From the NCBI GenBank assembly GCA_002811645.1, contig PDIP01000009.1, positions 68,214-132,213 of the forward strand: a stretch of DNA of 64,000 nucleotides. The letters are read 5' to 3'. The position numbers and the translations under genes are program-made. Below, piece by piece: positions 35,837 to 46,663 of the stretch. The number at the start of each line of letters is the position of its first letter. Position 1 is the stretch's first letter. Under the pieces are notes generated by a model. It was not told the origin of the DNA. It did not search any database and was given only the letters and a program-made list of their open reading frames with translations. Origin of the DNA: Corallochytrium limacisporum Hawaii (lineage: Eukaryota > Protista > Pluriformea).

Positions 35837-37775
35837 TTTGGTTGTGTACTTTGTGGACTAGTTTTCACTTGTCCTTGAAGTACGTTAAAGTAGCAGTCTA
35901 CAATATGTGACGACACTTTGTCAGGTGTACGAACAAATATACTTAAAGTCTCCTGTTGCACCGAATCAATTTCCTGATGCCCAGGGTTTTTGGTCGAGTC
36001 CGGTTCACTACCAAAGGAGAGATTTCTGTCGTCTCAGTTTTCGCATGATCTAATAATGCACAAGTACAAGATTAGTGCTGCCACATTGTCTGCAAATTTT
36101 CATGAAGTACCAACAGTGCCCTGGGAAACGTCAAGCATGTCCACCGTACAACACCCTGAACCCTTTCAGACACCAGAGGACGGTGCCCGGCCAGCAGTAA
36201 GCAAGCCCCATGAATGGGTCCCCCCCTCCCCCCGCCTCCTTTTCAGCCTTATCTCTCACTCTCCCAGTATGGACTCTCTACCGCACTCCGAACCCGCCCG
36301 GACACGGACCGGAAATGGAACGACCCGACGAGGAGCCAGGAGGTAGCGGGTGCGCGGGGAGGGGTGGGCAGTCAAAGCAAGACTCCGTTTTGCCAGAGAA
36401 ATGGACGGGCAAAAAAAAAAAGAAAGAGTCTGCCGGGGTGGTTGTGACCCCCGGAAAAAGGGGGGGGGGTTAGTGGGCGATTCCGCCTTTGCCGCTTCGC
36501 CCTTTCAAACACTGCGAAACGAGGGCGTGTAGGAAGAGGAAGACATGAGAGCTCCTGAGAACTTTAGATGGGATCTGACCTATCCCATGTCCCGGACCAA
36601 TACAGTGCCCTTTTGATGCACTATCCCTGGCACTTCGCCATGCAAACAAACGGAGTCCATCCGGAATACACTGGGACGAAGAACGCGTCACATGCATGCC
36701 ATCATCTCACCCACGTACACGCAGGGAACACATGAGATAGTGAGAGAGAGAGCGATGGACAGATATGTCACAAAACGTCAGGTATCGCGCGGGTCCGAGT
36801 TAACATGTTCATCCGCACTACCAACAAGCATCGCGAACTGTATTGTATCTGCCATGGAGTAAGCAGTGGCACTGATGGTAGGTGATGGTGGTGACGGAAT
36901 AAAAACATTCGGCTTGTGTGCGGGGTCTGGGTTTTTGCTTCCTGATCAGCAAATCTCACTCTCGCCAGTCAATTCACAGAGGCGCGCTGGAGTTTGGGGC
37001 GGGTGTGGGCACGGGTTTGCACTCTGGGCTCTTTCGTTGGCACTTCCTCCCTCTTCCCTTTCTGACGTTGCGGGAGTGCTACGTAGCTCTCGCTCCCGGC
37101 CCCCACGCATCCGCCGCAAGAGAGAAAACAGAAACTGCCACTTTTTCCCACCGTCTCTGTCCCCGCGTCCCCCCTTCGCATCGCTTTTTCGCTAATTTGC
37201 GCACAACCGGGGGGCAAGTGAGTGGGAGAGGTAACGGAGACTGGTTGGCGGGCAGAAGGCAGAATGGAAAAAAGTGGGGGGGGGGGAGGGCGGTGAGGTG
37301 TTGCCGCCATAGTGAGAGCTCAGCGAAGCATTTGGAATTCCTGTAGATTGCTAAGGTCTCCTTTTTGTTTTTATTCCCCCTCAACCCCACTCTTTTTCCT
37401 TTCAGCTCGTCTCCTGGATTGGTGGATTAAAATGGACTCCTGATCCCATGGAGAGAATAGGAGCCCAGGTTTTTCGTTGCTTTTAATAGGCCCCTAATTT
37501 CTGGCTTTTTGTCCCTGCCGTTTCTCCTCCCCCTTTGTCTTTCGAGTTGGTGGTGCGGCACCTGCCTTGTGTGTTTGTTTTGTGTGGGGGGGGGGTTGTG
37601 CCCGACCAAAACTTAGATAGCGCGACGGGGCAGGGGATCCTTGTTGCATCCTTGTTCCGGAGCTATGGGTCAGCAGGGTTTGGGAAGGTATTTTGCTTTC
37701 TGCATACTCCTCTCGAGTAATCTTCCTTAAGGATCTCGGAAGAAACTCCAAATTTGAATTGAAAATTCAGAAAGC

Positions 37776-38039
37776 ATGGGACTCACCGCAGACCAGCTCC
37801 AGGCTGTAATTGAGGAAAGGTTCAAACCGGTGCATCTCACCGTGGAAGATGTGTCTGGAGGGTGCGGATCTAATTTTGAAGTGACCATTGTCAGTGAAAT
37901 GTTTGAGGGAAAGAAGCTCCTGCAAAAGCACAAGCTGGTGAATTCTCTGCTGGCAGATGAGATAGCACAAATGCATGCGTTTAAGCAGAACCCGTACACT
38001 CCAGAGGAGTGGGCCAAGAAGCAGGGTGAGAGCAGCTGA
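37776..38039 (+). CDS. BOLA2: BolA-like protein 2 (Fra2-type Fe-S/glutaredoxin partner)
   Basis: VEDVSGGCGSNFEVTIVSEMFEGKKLLQKHKLVN..EIAQMHAF..TPEEW. Confidence 0.93.
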   Translation: MGLTADQLQAVIEERFKPVHLTVEDVSGGCGSNFEVTIVSEMFEGKKLLQKHKLVNSLLADEIAQMHAFKQNPYTPEEWAKKQGESS

Positions 38040-40693
38040 ACTCAGCATGTAACAGACTAATATAAAGAACATATGACAAATACATTTAGAATAACTGGAT
38101 GTGTATATTGGAATCCATGACATTCATGCGGAAGTAAGACTGGAGACGACGAAAGTTCTTTTGAGATTCCGAACAATTGCAGACGTCAACTAGGCGACCA
38201 CAATGCGAATGCACAAATTGCCCGCTCGATTTTCAGAATACTCCGTATAATCATTGAGGGGAGAGAATCTCCCCTCAAAGACTCTCTTCTATCCACAATA
38301 TATCAGTTGGCATATCTGTACTAATTGCTTTCAACAATGTTCTTATGGTGTGTTATACGACTCCTTTCAACCCAGGGCGCACACAGTCTACACACACACA
38401 CACACAGAGGGACATGCCTCGAAGAATTCCGCCTCCGGTTGGAAGGTTTCTGCATACACAAGATAACACGAAGATCAAAGGAAATTGGATAAGGATCTAC
38501 TATCAACCTCAACTGAACCAAGCAGTTTCCAACATCTACCGTTGTCGACCCATCCCGTCATCGCCACTCTACAAGACATCTTGTTGCTTTCTGCGGCGAT
38601 CAGAGACTGTTCCTGCTTTCGTTTTCTCTTCTCTGTTGGAAATGTAGTGATGATGCTCTCGAATGTGCTACCGCTTTACTCTGGTAGCCCACAGAAAAAC
38701 TGTGTGTACCGGAGCGTTAAACCCTGCGCGCCCCCCCTGCCTTGGTCCGCTTGGAAGAAAGAGACCCGCCCTCCCCCCACAATTCTTCCCACTCAGCTTG
38801 GAGTGCCGGGGGTGCGGGTTGCTAAGGCCCGCGCTTCTATATTGATCATACTGAGTCAATATCACACGAGCGCCAGCGCTTTGCGGCCCTATTCCCAAAC
38901 ACGAGAGGGGTGGGGGAGCGGGGGCTGCAGCAATGCATGGGTTCTCGTCGACATTGTCTGGGGGTTTAAGCAGCACTTTACAGGGCTGAGGTCGCCTACT
39001 GGTGTTGCGCTGTTCATTATCACTTGCCTTCCAAACCTGACCTGCCGTTTTTGGTACGTGGTAGGCTACACAGTGGAGGCATGGCTGGTGCATATTTAAA
39101 GACTTGTTCTTTGTTCTCGTTGTTCCATAGTCACCCATCGCTGACCACCACGGGTGTTGAAGAAGAGCATGGAGACGAACGCCATTGACTTTGCGCACAA
39201 GACAATGTTGCAGGTGGGCTAATCTGCTCACTTGCACCTGCAAGGGCAAGGAAGAGTGCCAGCGATGCTAGATAGTAAACTCAGGGAAAAGGAACGACAG
39301 GATTCCACCACGTTTATCGTTGCTGTTTTAGTGAAGGGGGAGTCGCTGCATCCATGTCATGGGGTCCTCTTCTTTACAAGTCGCGCTTCAGCTAGCCATG
39401 TACACAATCGTGTGGCTTGAACATTGCAAAAATGGGGTGGCAGGGCCTCCGAAGACCCATCCACCAAGTACCAGAATGAAAAGAAACAGAGAGTCCCAAC
39501 CCACGCCCGAGTACGTCGAAGCTTTTCCTATTCCATTCCTTCCCATAGGGTCCAACTCAAATCAAACACACAGCACCGTCCCCAATGACACGCATCCAAC
39601 TCGACCTCCAGTGCCATCCAATGCAAATGGAAAGTTCGTTGCGTACGATATTCCCGAAATCAACGTTCGACTCTTTGTCCATGCAGGATTTACGTGGTTG
39701 CTGTTGCTTCACCCCACAACCTCCCAACACCGAAGTGCTCCCCCCTCACACCTCCCCCACCTTTTCCTTTCACTCACTCCCCCGTTTATATTACCCCAGC
39801 GCCCGACCCGCGGGAGCAGGGATGGCCCCCCTCCCCCGGCCTGTTACGGTGGAAACGGGGGCACACCGAAACGAAGGCAAGGGACACCCTTGGTGTGGCG
39901 GGGGAGGCGAGCGGAGGGGGGGGGTGGGAGTTTGGTCAACTTCGAGCAAGAAGGGAAGAAGAGACGCACTTTCTTACGCAGACTTGTGCTGCCGTCCGAT
40001 GTGCGCGGTCCTGCAACAACACAGGCGTGTTTTTGACCGACATTATTTCTTGTGTCTCTTCACTACATGGGACGACACGCTCAACAGATGAGGCTACCCT
40101 TGCTGTGGTGCATGCCAGTAGATCCGGAGGCATTGCGCCGCGGTTGTTTAGAAAGAGAGTATACGGATGGGGGGAAAGCAGGGAGGAGGCTTTTGTTTCA
40201 TTTGGCGTTTCCACAGAAAGTGACAAACGCTCTGGTCTGTGTGATTTCTGCTGGTCGTCTTGATCCGTGCTCAGTCGAGTAAAACAAGCAATATGTAGAA
40301 TAGAATGCTTCATCATCTAGGGTGAATACAACATTCCATTTTGTCGAGAACTAAATAGTTGAACTTCGAGCCTGGTATCGTGACCATTGGGCTGCGTATG
40401 GTTCTGAGTGGAAGCTACTTGAAGCCAACCTGCGCATCCATCGGGGAAAGAGGATCTCCATGTTTCTCCTTGTTCTTCCAGTGTGAGAAAATTAATCTGT
40501 GCGTGAGAGTGTGTATATGTGTACGGCTCGCCGACAAGGTACCATCACACACCTCGTCTCGGTTGCCAAAGTGAGTCAGAATCTAGTGTGTTACTTTTGC
40601 GGGAGTGTTTTCTACTAGATTTCGGGGAAGCAGAAACCAAAACAGTTCAGAAGGTTGCAATACAGGTAGGCAAAAGGCTGTCGATAATCAACG

Positions 40694-42589
40694 ATGGCAA
40701 CCACCGCAGCTCCCTGTCCCCCCAGCTATCAGCCGACTGCCCATCCGTCGAATGCCACCGCCACGGTTCCAGGGGATGAAGAGGCAAAGGCCTGTTCCAA
40801 CTATAGATTTCTGAAATGTGTTGGCGAGGGTAATTTCGCCAAGGTTTGGATGGCAAGGCATGAAATCACTGACGAGGAGGTTGCAGTGAAGGTCGTGGAG
40901 AAGGCCAAGCTGAGCGCCACAAACGCCAAGTATCTGGCACGTGAAGTTGCGGTTATGAAGCTAGTTAAGCATCCCAACATTGTGCGTCTCTACGAGGTCA
41001 TCGAAACGAAGAGTAAATTGATCCTAGTCATGGAGTACTGCCCCAAGGGTGAGATTTTTGACTACGTCGTAGCGCAGGGCAGGCTGCAGGAGCGAGAGGC
41101 CCGCCGTGTCTTTCGCCAACTGCTGTCCGCCATTGCTTACTGCCACAGTCGCAATATTATCCACCGGGATCTAAAGGCAGAGAACCTGCTCTTGGACGGC
41201 AATATGCACATCAAGGTCGCTGATTTTGGATTTGGTCGCACGGTTGAAGAAGGCGACAATGTGCAAACTTCCTGCGGCAGTCCACCCTACGCGGCCCCAG
41301 AAATATTTGCTGGTTCTCGGTATGACGGTCCTGAGGTAGACGTGTGGGCTTGTGGCATCATGCTCTATGTTCTTGTTACCGGCTGTCTACCGTTTGATGG
41401 TGCCAATTTGAGTATTCTGAAACAGCGTGTGACTGTGGGAAAGTTTCGCATCCCTCTGTTCATGAGTGTAGAGTGTGAGCGTCTCATCAAGCGGTGTCTG
41501 ACGGTGGATCGCAAGAAACGTCCAACAATTTTTGATCTGTTGTCAGACCCTTGGATCAACATGGGCTACGAGGATTGCCCCTTGCAGATCACTGGATTGG
41601 AGGCCCATTCCAAGGATGCACCCCTGGACCGAAGTGTACTGGAGCTCATGGAGTCTATGGGTGTTGTGAGAGCCAGTGTCGAACAGAGCCTGGAAGAAAA
41701 TGCATACAACAACCTTACCAGTGCTTACCACCTGCTCAAGGACCGTATCTTGGCCAAGGGTTCTGTCGCCGCAGTCCAGATGGAACTCATGGACAAGAAC
41801 GTCATTGCAGGTAATAACAACAACGCCGCCGTTCAGAAAGCCAAGAAAGAGCAGCGTCTCAAATCTGCCCAGATCCGGGTCACCCAAGACCTTGAGACCG
41901 AGACAGACATCCGGCGGATTAGCTTTAATGGTCCGCGCAAGCCCAGCACCTTGTCTGAGGATGTGGCCAACATGCATGTCAGTCATCCTCCCGCCTCCGC
42001 TCAGCAGCAGCAGGGCCAGGCTCAGACAACGACTGGAAGTGGTGGCTTGAAACAGCGCATTATGGCCCAGAAGCTGGACCGTCTGAGGAATCTTGCTCCC
42101 TTCAGCCGTCGCAAGAGCTCCACGGTCGAGCCAGACCCACCGGCTTCACCCATGAGCAGTGGTACAGCTTCAAAGAGTCCACTCGGGCACGAGCTGCGCG
42201 CCTCGATGGGCAGCCGTCAGTCGCTGTTGGTGCCGGGTTCGCCCGTTCAGGAGCACGCAGCATCAAGATCATCACTGTCTCCAATGCTCGGGCGAAAGGC
42301 CAATGCTACTGAACGTACAAAGTTTGCTGCCGCGTCTGTGACTTCAAAGAAGAGCGAGGTTGATGTCCGTGCTCAGGTTGTCAAAGCGCTCAACAAACAT
42401 AATATGACTTTTGACTTGGCATCCGATGGAAAGTCCTACAGTTGCCGAGTGGAGAAGTGTGATTTTGACATCAAGATCATCACTCTGAACGCCCTGAGCC
42501 TGGTTATGGTACAGTTCAAACGAACTCGTGGTGAGGCCTTTGTCTACAAGCAGGTAGTAGAGAACCTGGTGGGCTCGTTGCGTCTCTAA
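40694..42589 (+). CDS. MARK: MARK/PAR-1 family Ser/Thr kinase (kinase-UBA-spacer-KA1)
   Basis: GEGNFAKV, VAVK, HRDLKAENLLLD, ADFGF, TSCGSPPYAAPE, YDGPEVDVW; UBA-like segment (MESMG..YNNLTSAYHLL); KA1-like C-terminus (VQFKRTRGEAFVYKQVVENLVGSLRL). Confidence 0.92.
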   Translation: MATTAAPCPPSYQPTAHPSNATATVPGDEEAKACSNYRFLKCVGEGNFAKVWMARHEITDEEVAVKVVEKAKLSATNAKYLAREVAVMKLVKHPNIVRLYEVIETKSKLILVMEYCPKGEIFDYVVAQGRLQEREARRVFRQLLSAIAYCHSRNIIHRDLKAENLLLDGNMHIKVADFGFGRTVEEGDNVQTSCGSPPYAAPEIFAGSRYDGPEVDVWACGIMLYVLVTGCLPFDGANLSILKQRVTVGKFRIPLFMSVECERLIKRCLTVDRKKRPTIFDLLSDPWINMGYEDCPLQITGLEAHSKDAPLDRSVLELMESMGVVRASVEQSLEENAYNNLTSAYHLLKDRILAKGSVAAVQMELMDKNVIAGNNNNAAVQKAKKEQRLKSAQIRVTQDLETETDIRRISFNGPRKPSTLSEDVANMHVSHPPASAQQQQGQAQTTTGSGGLKQRIMAQKLDRLRNLAPFSRRKSSTVEPDPPASPMSSGTASKSPLGHELRASMGSRQSLLVPGSPVQEHAASRSSLSPMLGRKANATERTKFAAASVTSKKSEVDVRAQVVKALNKHNMTFDLASDGKSYSCRVEKCDFDIKIITLNALSLVMVQFKRTRGEAFVYKQVVENLVGSLRL

Positions 42590-43832
42590 CGATACGCAGG
42601 GCACCTTGGGCATAGCCATCAGCTTGGGCATAGTATGAAATTAGTACGCTGGACGGAGCGTTTGTGTGGTGACTCGACATGAAAAAAATCGATGTGGGTG
42701 GTGTCCGTAAAGGGACCATCATCAAGTAGTCATCATCGTCAGTGTTGCGTGGTCTCACAAACACCTCTGTCCTCATAATAATCACCAGACAAATTCGAAC
42801 ATAACACATTGAAAAACAAATACAGCACCAGTGGATAAATAGTCCCTACGACATCTTGTACTATCATGTACTTCACCGAACAGAGATGTGGCGGACCATG
42901 GGGTGGGATGTTCGTCGTTTTCTGTAGATTCTGGGTGGTGCAGCGATTGCTTTACAAGACCAGCACACGGAGAGATGGAGGGGTTCAGAACACGGGGGGA
43001 GGGGGGGGAAGGGGGAATGGACCTTTGTAACCTGTGTTGAAATATATATTTCAAATCAAATAATTGGGGGTCTATTTATGTGGCTGAGCAGAAGGAAAGT
43101 TTTTTCTGCTGAAGTTCTTCCTGCTTTTCTTCGGAAGCGGGTTACTACTTATTCTATGGGACGTGGCTTCGATGCCCACCCAAGACTGGAACTTCTCCCT
43201 TCCCTGTCAGAAAGCAGACAGCCATCCGGGTTCACCACCGCGCCACACTACTCACGCACACCGTAACAGGACCACAGTTATGTACGAAACACCACTCGCA
43301 GTCCCATTCTTCACATATGCTCAGGATGGGGTCGGGTTGGAATGGGACCTCTAAAGGGCTGGGAAAGGATTCCGTAAACCTCAACCGAACAGCCCCATGC
43401 GTACGCGTAAAGGCAAAACAAAACTGGCCCAACTCTTTTTGGCGAAGTGAAATCTGATCAATGGAACCGACGGCGGAAAAAAAAATACTCCTTCCTTTGT
43501 TCAATTGTCTATAGCGGGGCATCCATTCTGTCCCCTTCCTTTTTTTCTTATTCTTCCTCTTTCTCATCGCTCTGCTACGAAAGAAAAACAAACACCCCTT
43601 CCTCGGGGCCTCTTCTTTCAGGCACCCGAAACGCAGTAGCCGACTTACCCCGTGTGATTTAATTTGGTCACTAAAAAACCTCAATGCCGTCGAGTGTTTC
43701 ACACGCACACGGTAGCGCAGGTCGCACATCCAAACAAGAAGAATTTCCAACGATACTCTCTGGGTGCAAAATTTAAGGAACGAAGATGGCACAATGGATT
43801 ATCAAACTGGGGGCGGGGGCACATTTTCAGAG

Positions 43833-44390
43833 AGCGTCAATCGAGCCAGCCATCAGCGGTGCCAGTAGTACCTAGCAGTGACCCGCTTTTCGTGGTGGTG
43901 GTGGTGGGGGGGACGTGGTAGGGGGAAGGGGGAGGTTGTCGAGTACTAAAAGCCCGCAAGTCTCTCGGAAGGTCTAGCAACGCCGCACCTTCTGGTGCGG
44001 AGGCCTGGCCGAAAGCGGTACCGGCCAAGAACACGGCGTGCGCGGTAGTCCCTCTCGAACTTGTGGAAGGAAGGGCTGTGTGGCAGCTCTTGTCGTGCTT
44101 TTGGCCAGCACCCATGCCGTTTGTGTTGATTCCATTCTGACCATTCCCAAGTACCAGTGGTAGAGTCTTTTGTATATATTGTCGTGCTATCGTGGACTTT
44201 GTCGTCCCTTTCGTCACGCTCCTCACCGCTCTCGAGTTTGACCGCGTTGTAACTCTACACAGAAGGGGTCTCTTACACTTTGTCACTTGAGTGAGACACC
44301 AGCCGCTCCGTAGATCACCAACTGCTCTTCGGCTTCTGGTAAGGTCATCCAGCCACGCAGTGTCCCTCTTTGGTCGCCTCCGGCAATTTT
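43833..44390 (-). pseudogene. Chimeric degenerate duplicate of the neighbouring RWA-like gene (inverted) and LRR gene (direct)
   Basis: The reverse complement of 44007-44256 aligns to 44900-45132 with scattered substitutions and frameshifting indels. 44257-44331 aligns directly to 46648-46722. Shorter collinear matches flank both sides, so the outer limits are tentative. Confidence 0.85.
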
Positions 44391-44774
44391 AGCAAACACA
44401 CACATGCCCTCTCTCTCTTCTGTAGTTCACAAGGCCAATTTGTTTCAACTTGCGATGAAGGGGGGCGCACAAGCGGAGAAAATGAAGGTAACTCAATGAA
44501 CCAAAATGGGCGCAGCCTTGGGAGACCAAATACGGTTTCATGGGGGCCGCGGGCGGGGGAGGGGCCAGATCCCGTCCACGAACCCAATATTCAGCTTGGG
44601 ACTGCCAACATGTTGGCCACAACACTTTCTCTGCCAGGGAGCGCCTGTGAGAAAAGGTATTGGAATGAATCGGCGTTTTGTTAGGTAATGGATGGAAACA
44701 CAGGGTGAGACAGACGAACGGGGAACCTAGGCACCGAATCTTCATGGAGCGGTGGAAAGACTGACCAGTAAATC

Positions 44775-46361
44775 ATGTTGACCGCATTGCAAGCCGGAAC
44801 GCTTGTGTTCTGGCTCGTCTTTGAGGTCTATGGACTCTTAGAATACAACTCTATATTACACATCCTGTCCCGAATCGGTAGCAGAAAATGTTTCACCACA
44901 GAGTACGACGCGGTCAAACTCGAGAGCGGTGAGGAGGGTGACGAAAGGGCCGACAAAGACCACGATAGCAACGACGATATATACAAAGACTCTACTGGGA
45001 ATGGTCAGAATGGAATCAACACAAACGGCATGGGTGCTGGCCAAAAGGACGACAGAGCTGCCACACAGCCCTTCCACAAGTTCGAGAGGACTACCGCGCA
45101 TGCCGTGTTCTTGGCCGGTACCGCTTTCGGCCTCATAATTATTTATATGTACCTATGCGAAATTGCCGAAATCTGGCCTTCGGGAGAGCGTACGTACAAC
45201 CGTGACCAGTTCATATTCTTGGTTTTCGTAATTGGTATTGTCGCCGTTCTGACTGCCAAACGGGACCGCAAGGATATTATTCTCAACCGTGCGCAGACTG
45301 AAGAGTGGAAGGGATGGATGCAGATCCTCTTTGTCTTCTACCACTATTTCCGAGCTGCTGAAACATACAACTTCATCCGTGTGTTTATTGCAGCCTATGT
45401 ATTCATGACGGGCTTTGGAAATTTTAGTTACTTTTGGGTGCGGGAAGATTACAGTGTGCGGCGCATGATCAAGAGCCTGTTCCGTCTGAACTTTATGGTC
45501 ATCTTCGTCTGCATTGCCACGGAGAATGAGTACATGCTGTACTACATTTGTCCCATGCATACGTTCTGGTACCTCTATGTGCATGCCTTCTTTGCCATCA
45601 AGTCGAGCTGGAATAAGAACTCAAAGCTTATGGCAGTTAAGTTTGTGCTGGCACTGCTCTTTGTGGTGGTGATCTGGGAATCTCCAGGTCTGGTGGAGGT
45701 CCTGTTCTACCCGCTGAAGCCTATTCTTGGCTTCCAAGACTCCATGCATGAGTGGGCTTTCCGTTCTGGGTTGGACCGTTATGCACCATGGTTTGGTATG
45801 CTTTGTGCCTACAACTACCCACAGTACGAGGCCATGTTGCGAGGCTGGGAGAAGCCGGACAATCCCTTGGGTAAGGTGTACAAGATGATTAGTGTTGTAG
45901 TCTGCGTGATTGCCTTTTTGATCTGGCTGTTTGTGATCGAGCGGCGAGATAAGTTTGACTACAATTCTTTACATCCTTATACGAGCTGGATCCCCCTGGT
46001 TGTGTACATTCACCTGCGCAACGTGTCACAGGAAGCCCGCTACTACCACAGCGCTCTGCTCCGCTGGCTGGGTCGCATCACGCTGGAGACGTATCTGGGC
46101 CAACTTCACATTTATATGCAGGCCAACGCCAAAGAGCTTATTGTCTACATTCCCGATTACCCCCTGATGAACTTTGTGCTCAACTCGGCCATTTATATTT
46201 ACCTGAGCTACCGAGCGTTCCAAGCCACCAACACCATCAGTAACTACATTTTCCATCCGGACAACGACATGAAGTTCATTCTCACTCACTTGGGTGTACC
46301 GATTGCCTGCCTGTTTGCTGCACTCCCGCTTGGAACGATATTACTCAACCTTGGGACGTGA
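44775..46361 (+). CDS. Cas1p/RWA-type membrane O-acetyltransferase component (Cas1_AcylT domain only; unrelated to CRISPR Cas1)
   Basis: LNRAQTEEWKGWMQ, IRVFIAAYVFMTGFGNFSY, YYICPMHT, EWAFRSGLDRY, HPYTSWIP, WLGRITLETY; multi-pass membrane protein of 528 aa. Confidence 0.93.
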   Translation: MLTALQAGTLVFWLVFEVYGLLEYNSILHILSRIGSRKCFTTEYDAVKLESGEEGDERADKDHDSNDDIYKDSTGNGQNGINTNGMGAGQKDDRAATQPFHKFERTTAHAVFLAGTAFGLIIIYMYLCEIAEIWPSGERTYNRDQFIFLVFVIGIVAVLTAKRDRKDIILNRAQTEEWKGWMQILFVFYHYFRAAETYNFIRVFIAAYVFMTGFGNFSYFWVREDYSVRRMIKSLFRLNFMVIFVCIATENEYMLYYICPMHTFWYLYVHAFFAIKSSWNKNSKLMAVKFVLALLFVVVIWESPGLVEVLFYPLKPILGFQDSMHEWAFRSGLDRYAPWFGMLCAYNYPQYEAMLRGWEKPDNPLGKVYKMISVVVCVIAFLIWLFVIERRDKFDYNSLHPYTSWIPLVVYIHLRNVSQEARYYHSALLRWLGRITLETYLGQLHIYMQANAKELIVYIPDYPLMNFVLNSAIYIYLSYRAFQATNTISNYIFHPDNDMKFILTHLGVPIACLFAALPLGTILLNLGT

Positions 46362-46663
46362 CACGGACAATAGGGGCATATTGAAAAACGTTTAAAGTGA
46401 TTGGGATTTGGGGCAGAAGTAAGGCCTTTGCAGCATTGCTAGTTAACTCTCACAGGCACACAACCGCTTAGATATGCACGACTTGCTCCCGTGCATGCCA
46501 TCTAAAGTTGTACTCAATAGATAGAAATACGCCATGCAATCCACGCCTTGCCTTGCAGGGCCGTTGTATTCAATTTCTGTGACCTGAAAAGGATTTGTGG
46601 TTCCAAAGACATGCCAAACTGACTATGGGAGCTTAGTAGTCAAGCGCACACAGAAGGGGGCTC

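Noticed and set aside
43837-44286. 149-aa minus-strand ORF sharing peptides with the RWA-like protein
   Set aside because: It is a frameshifted mosaic produced by the inverted duplicate and starts at a non-ATG codon; treated as a pseudogene fragment.
44775-46361. 'Cas1' domain name suggesting CRISPR
   Set aside because: Cas1p (capsule synthesis) O-acetyltransferase is unrelated to CRISPR Cas1, and no repeat-spacer array exists in the window.
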